A stretch of DNA of 64,000 nucleotides, from contig OZ116708.1 in the NCBI GenBank assembly GCA_964199315.1, forward strand, positions 21,390,001 through 21,454,000. Reading direction: 5' to 3'. Positions 62,439 through 64,000 of this stretch are shown one piece after another. The first letter of the stretch is position 1, and every line of letters starts with the position of its first letter. The stretch is from Orbicella franksi (taxonomy: Eukaryota). The notes under the pieces are model-generated. The model was not told the DNA's origin and made no database searches. It saw nothing but the letters and a program-made list of their open reading frames with translations. The position numbers were made by a program, and so were the translations under genes.

Positions 62439-63556
62439 TTGGCACCCTCAGGGGATGAACTTGCTGTTTGTGCGGATGGTGTTCTTCATGTCTTTGTTCA
62501 ATCACAAGGTGTCAAACTAACCAACAGACCGTTGACAGGGATTGCAGAGTTCCTTGGGAAGTTACAAGTCCTGGTAAAGGCTTTTAACATTCATTCCAGA
62601 AAACGCACAGTTAGAGAACCACAGAAGTCGGTTAAAGAAGCAATTGCTATGGTGGATGAGGTGCTGGAGTACGTGAAGTATTGCTCTCGGAAGGCAAGAG
62701 AGCTACAGTCCTTGGCAAAAGAAACCACTGATGTGCCAGAGGGTAATTTATCAAACAAGCGTTCGTAGTCATTGGAACTGGTGGCACGCTCGCTTCGCAA
62801 GGTAGAGAACAACATCAAAGATCTGTCTTCATATCCAGGTTTCGAGGTGAACTTGAATTTAAAATCACTCCTGACGTTAAATGTTGAGAACCAACATGCA
62901 GTCACTCATTTTATGAAGGAAACAGTTACTCTCGAGAATACGCACAGATTTTTGGTTCATCAGTTGAAGAAGGAGTAAAGAGAGTGACACCATGGTCTTC
63001 ACATTATTACACACATCCTAACTCATACTACCCTGTTGAACTTTCTGTTACTGGCCAGTTAGTCCTTGTTGAAATTCCCAAACCGGTCGGAGAAAGATTG
63101 TCCAGAAATGATGAAGCAGAGATGGGAGTGTGGGCAAAACGATACGGCAAGTGTGTAAGGCAGCGAAATGTACGAAAAGACAACACCATGGACAGAGCTG
63201 GGACACTGCCTCTGAATTTGTATGAAACACAGACACTGCTTAATCCATTAGATTTGCAGTTTGTACTTCCTCGTGCGCAAAGTTCAGTGCCGGGGAAAGT
63301 GCAGAACGTCCAGAAGGTGAGTCTGATGAACAGCCTGCTTCTCACATGCACTTATCAACGTGAGGACTACAGCAGCAGCGAAAGGGGAGACAGTGAGTCT
63401 GACGAGGATTGTGAAGATGATACAAGTGGTTTCAATATGGTTATGCCATCAAGGGCTGGAAGACAAAGACTGATCACTAGAAGAATGAGAGATTTTCCTC
63501 AGTCCAGCTGGAGGTATGTGTGTATCCAAACGAGGTCAGTCTGCGCTTTTGATTAA
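62439..63556 (+). pseudogene. Degenerate ORF of unknown family (probably transposon-associated)
   Basis: ORFs 62439-62768 and 62772-62978 share a frame across one TAG; a frameshift near 62935 links to EYAQIFGSSVEEGVKRVTPWSSHYYTHPNSYYPV... of ORF 62984-63556; no splice structure; acidic tail. Confidence 0.55.
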
Positions 63557-64000
63557 TTATACACATTAGGCTGCAAACAATCACTGGCAATGGGATTTTA
63601 GATTTGGTAACTAGGATTTGGATCAAATTTAAGCTGAGAACTGGCATTTGGCAAAAATTTGGGCTGGGAACTGGGATTTGGTACCCCCCTTCATGACCCT
63701 CCATATAAAATAGGATGGGGGTGCTTGTGGTACCTTTTAGAGGTTAACAAGGCTTGATATGATTTAAGTAAACTCTACCCCCCCCCCCCCTCCCCCTGCA
63801 CCTTATTTCCAATAGTGCATTTTAACGAAAAACATAAAGGAGGCCATTTGAATTCACAATTTATCCGTTATGTGAATAAATGACATACTTGAATTAAGTG
63901 TTAATTTGAGTGGCAGCGCATTCTGCAGTTAAACCGAAATGTGTAATAATATGAAATATCGTGGGAGATTACATGGTATACAACTCGCAGGCGTTGCGTG

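Noticed and set aside
27100-63790. Numerous poly-G/poly-C tracts (e.g. ~27102, 33298, 42578, 55570, 57964, 63778) as G-quadruplex elements
   Set aside because: Mostly within or at the ends of dispersed repeats, and homopolymer lengths are error-prone; no specific functional pattern

Overview
AT-rich, intron-containing animal genomic DNA. The GPCR types and repeat families look like those of a stony coral or related cnidarian, but this is an inference. (1) About 1-21 kb is a class A GPCR cluster in active birth-and-death. It has five tandem intronless paralogues on the minus strand (three with open frames, one internally deleted, one with a nonsense codon) and one unit from which the whole gene is deleted. 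Each unit is preceded by a variable-copy ~325-bp tandem repeat that appears to derive from a MITE end. A divergent plus-strand GPCR and its decayed partial duplicate follow. (2) There is a tyrosine-recombinase (DIRS-like) remnant at 21.2-21.7 kb. (3) Two intact tandem 5-exon NUDT3/4-like (DIPP) Nudix genes lie at 24.7-35.1 kb. (4) TMBIM4 (minus, 7 exons) and PPP4R2 (plus, 8 exons) are head-to-head across 294 bp. (5) An uncharacterised 541-aa protein has an N-myristoylation consensus, four internal domain repeats and a PPxY tail. (6) A degenerate ORF lies at 62.4-63.6 kb. Many MITEs and SINEs are present, several with readable TIRs and TSDs. Exon boundaries were read and phase-checked by hand. 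No database searches were run, so family assignments rest on recalled motifs and repeat edges are approximate.
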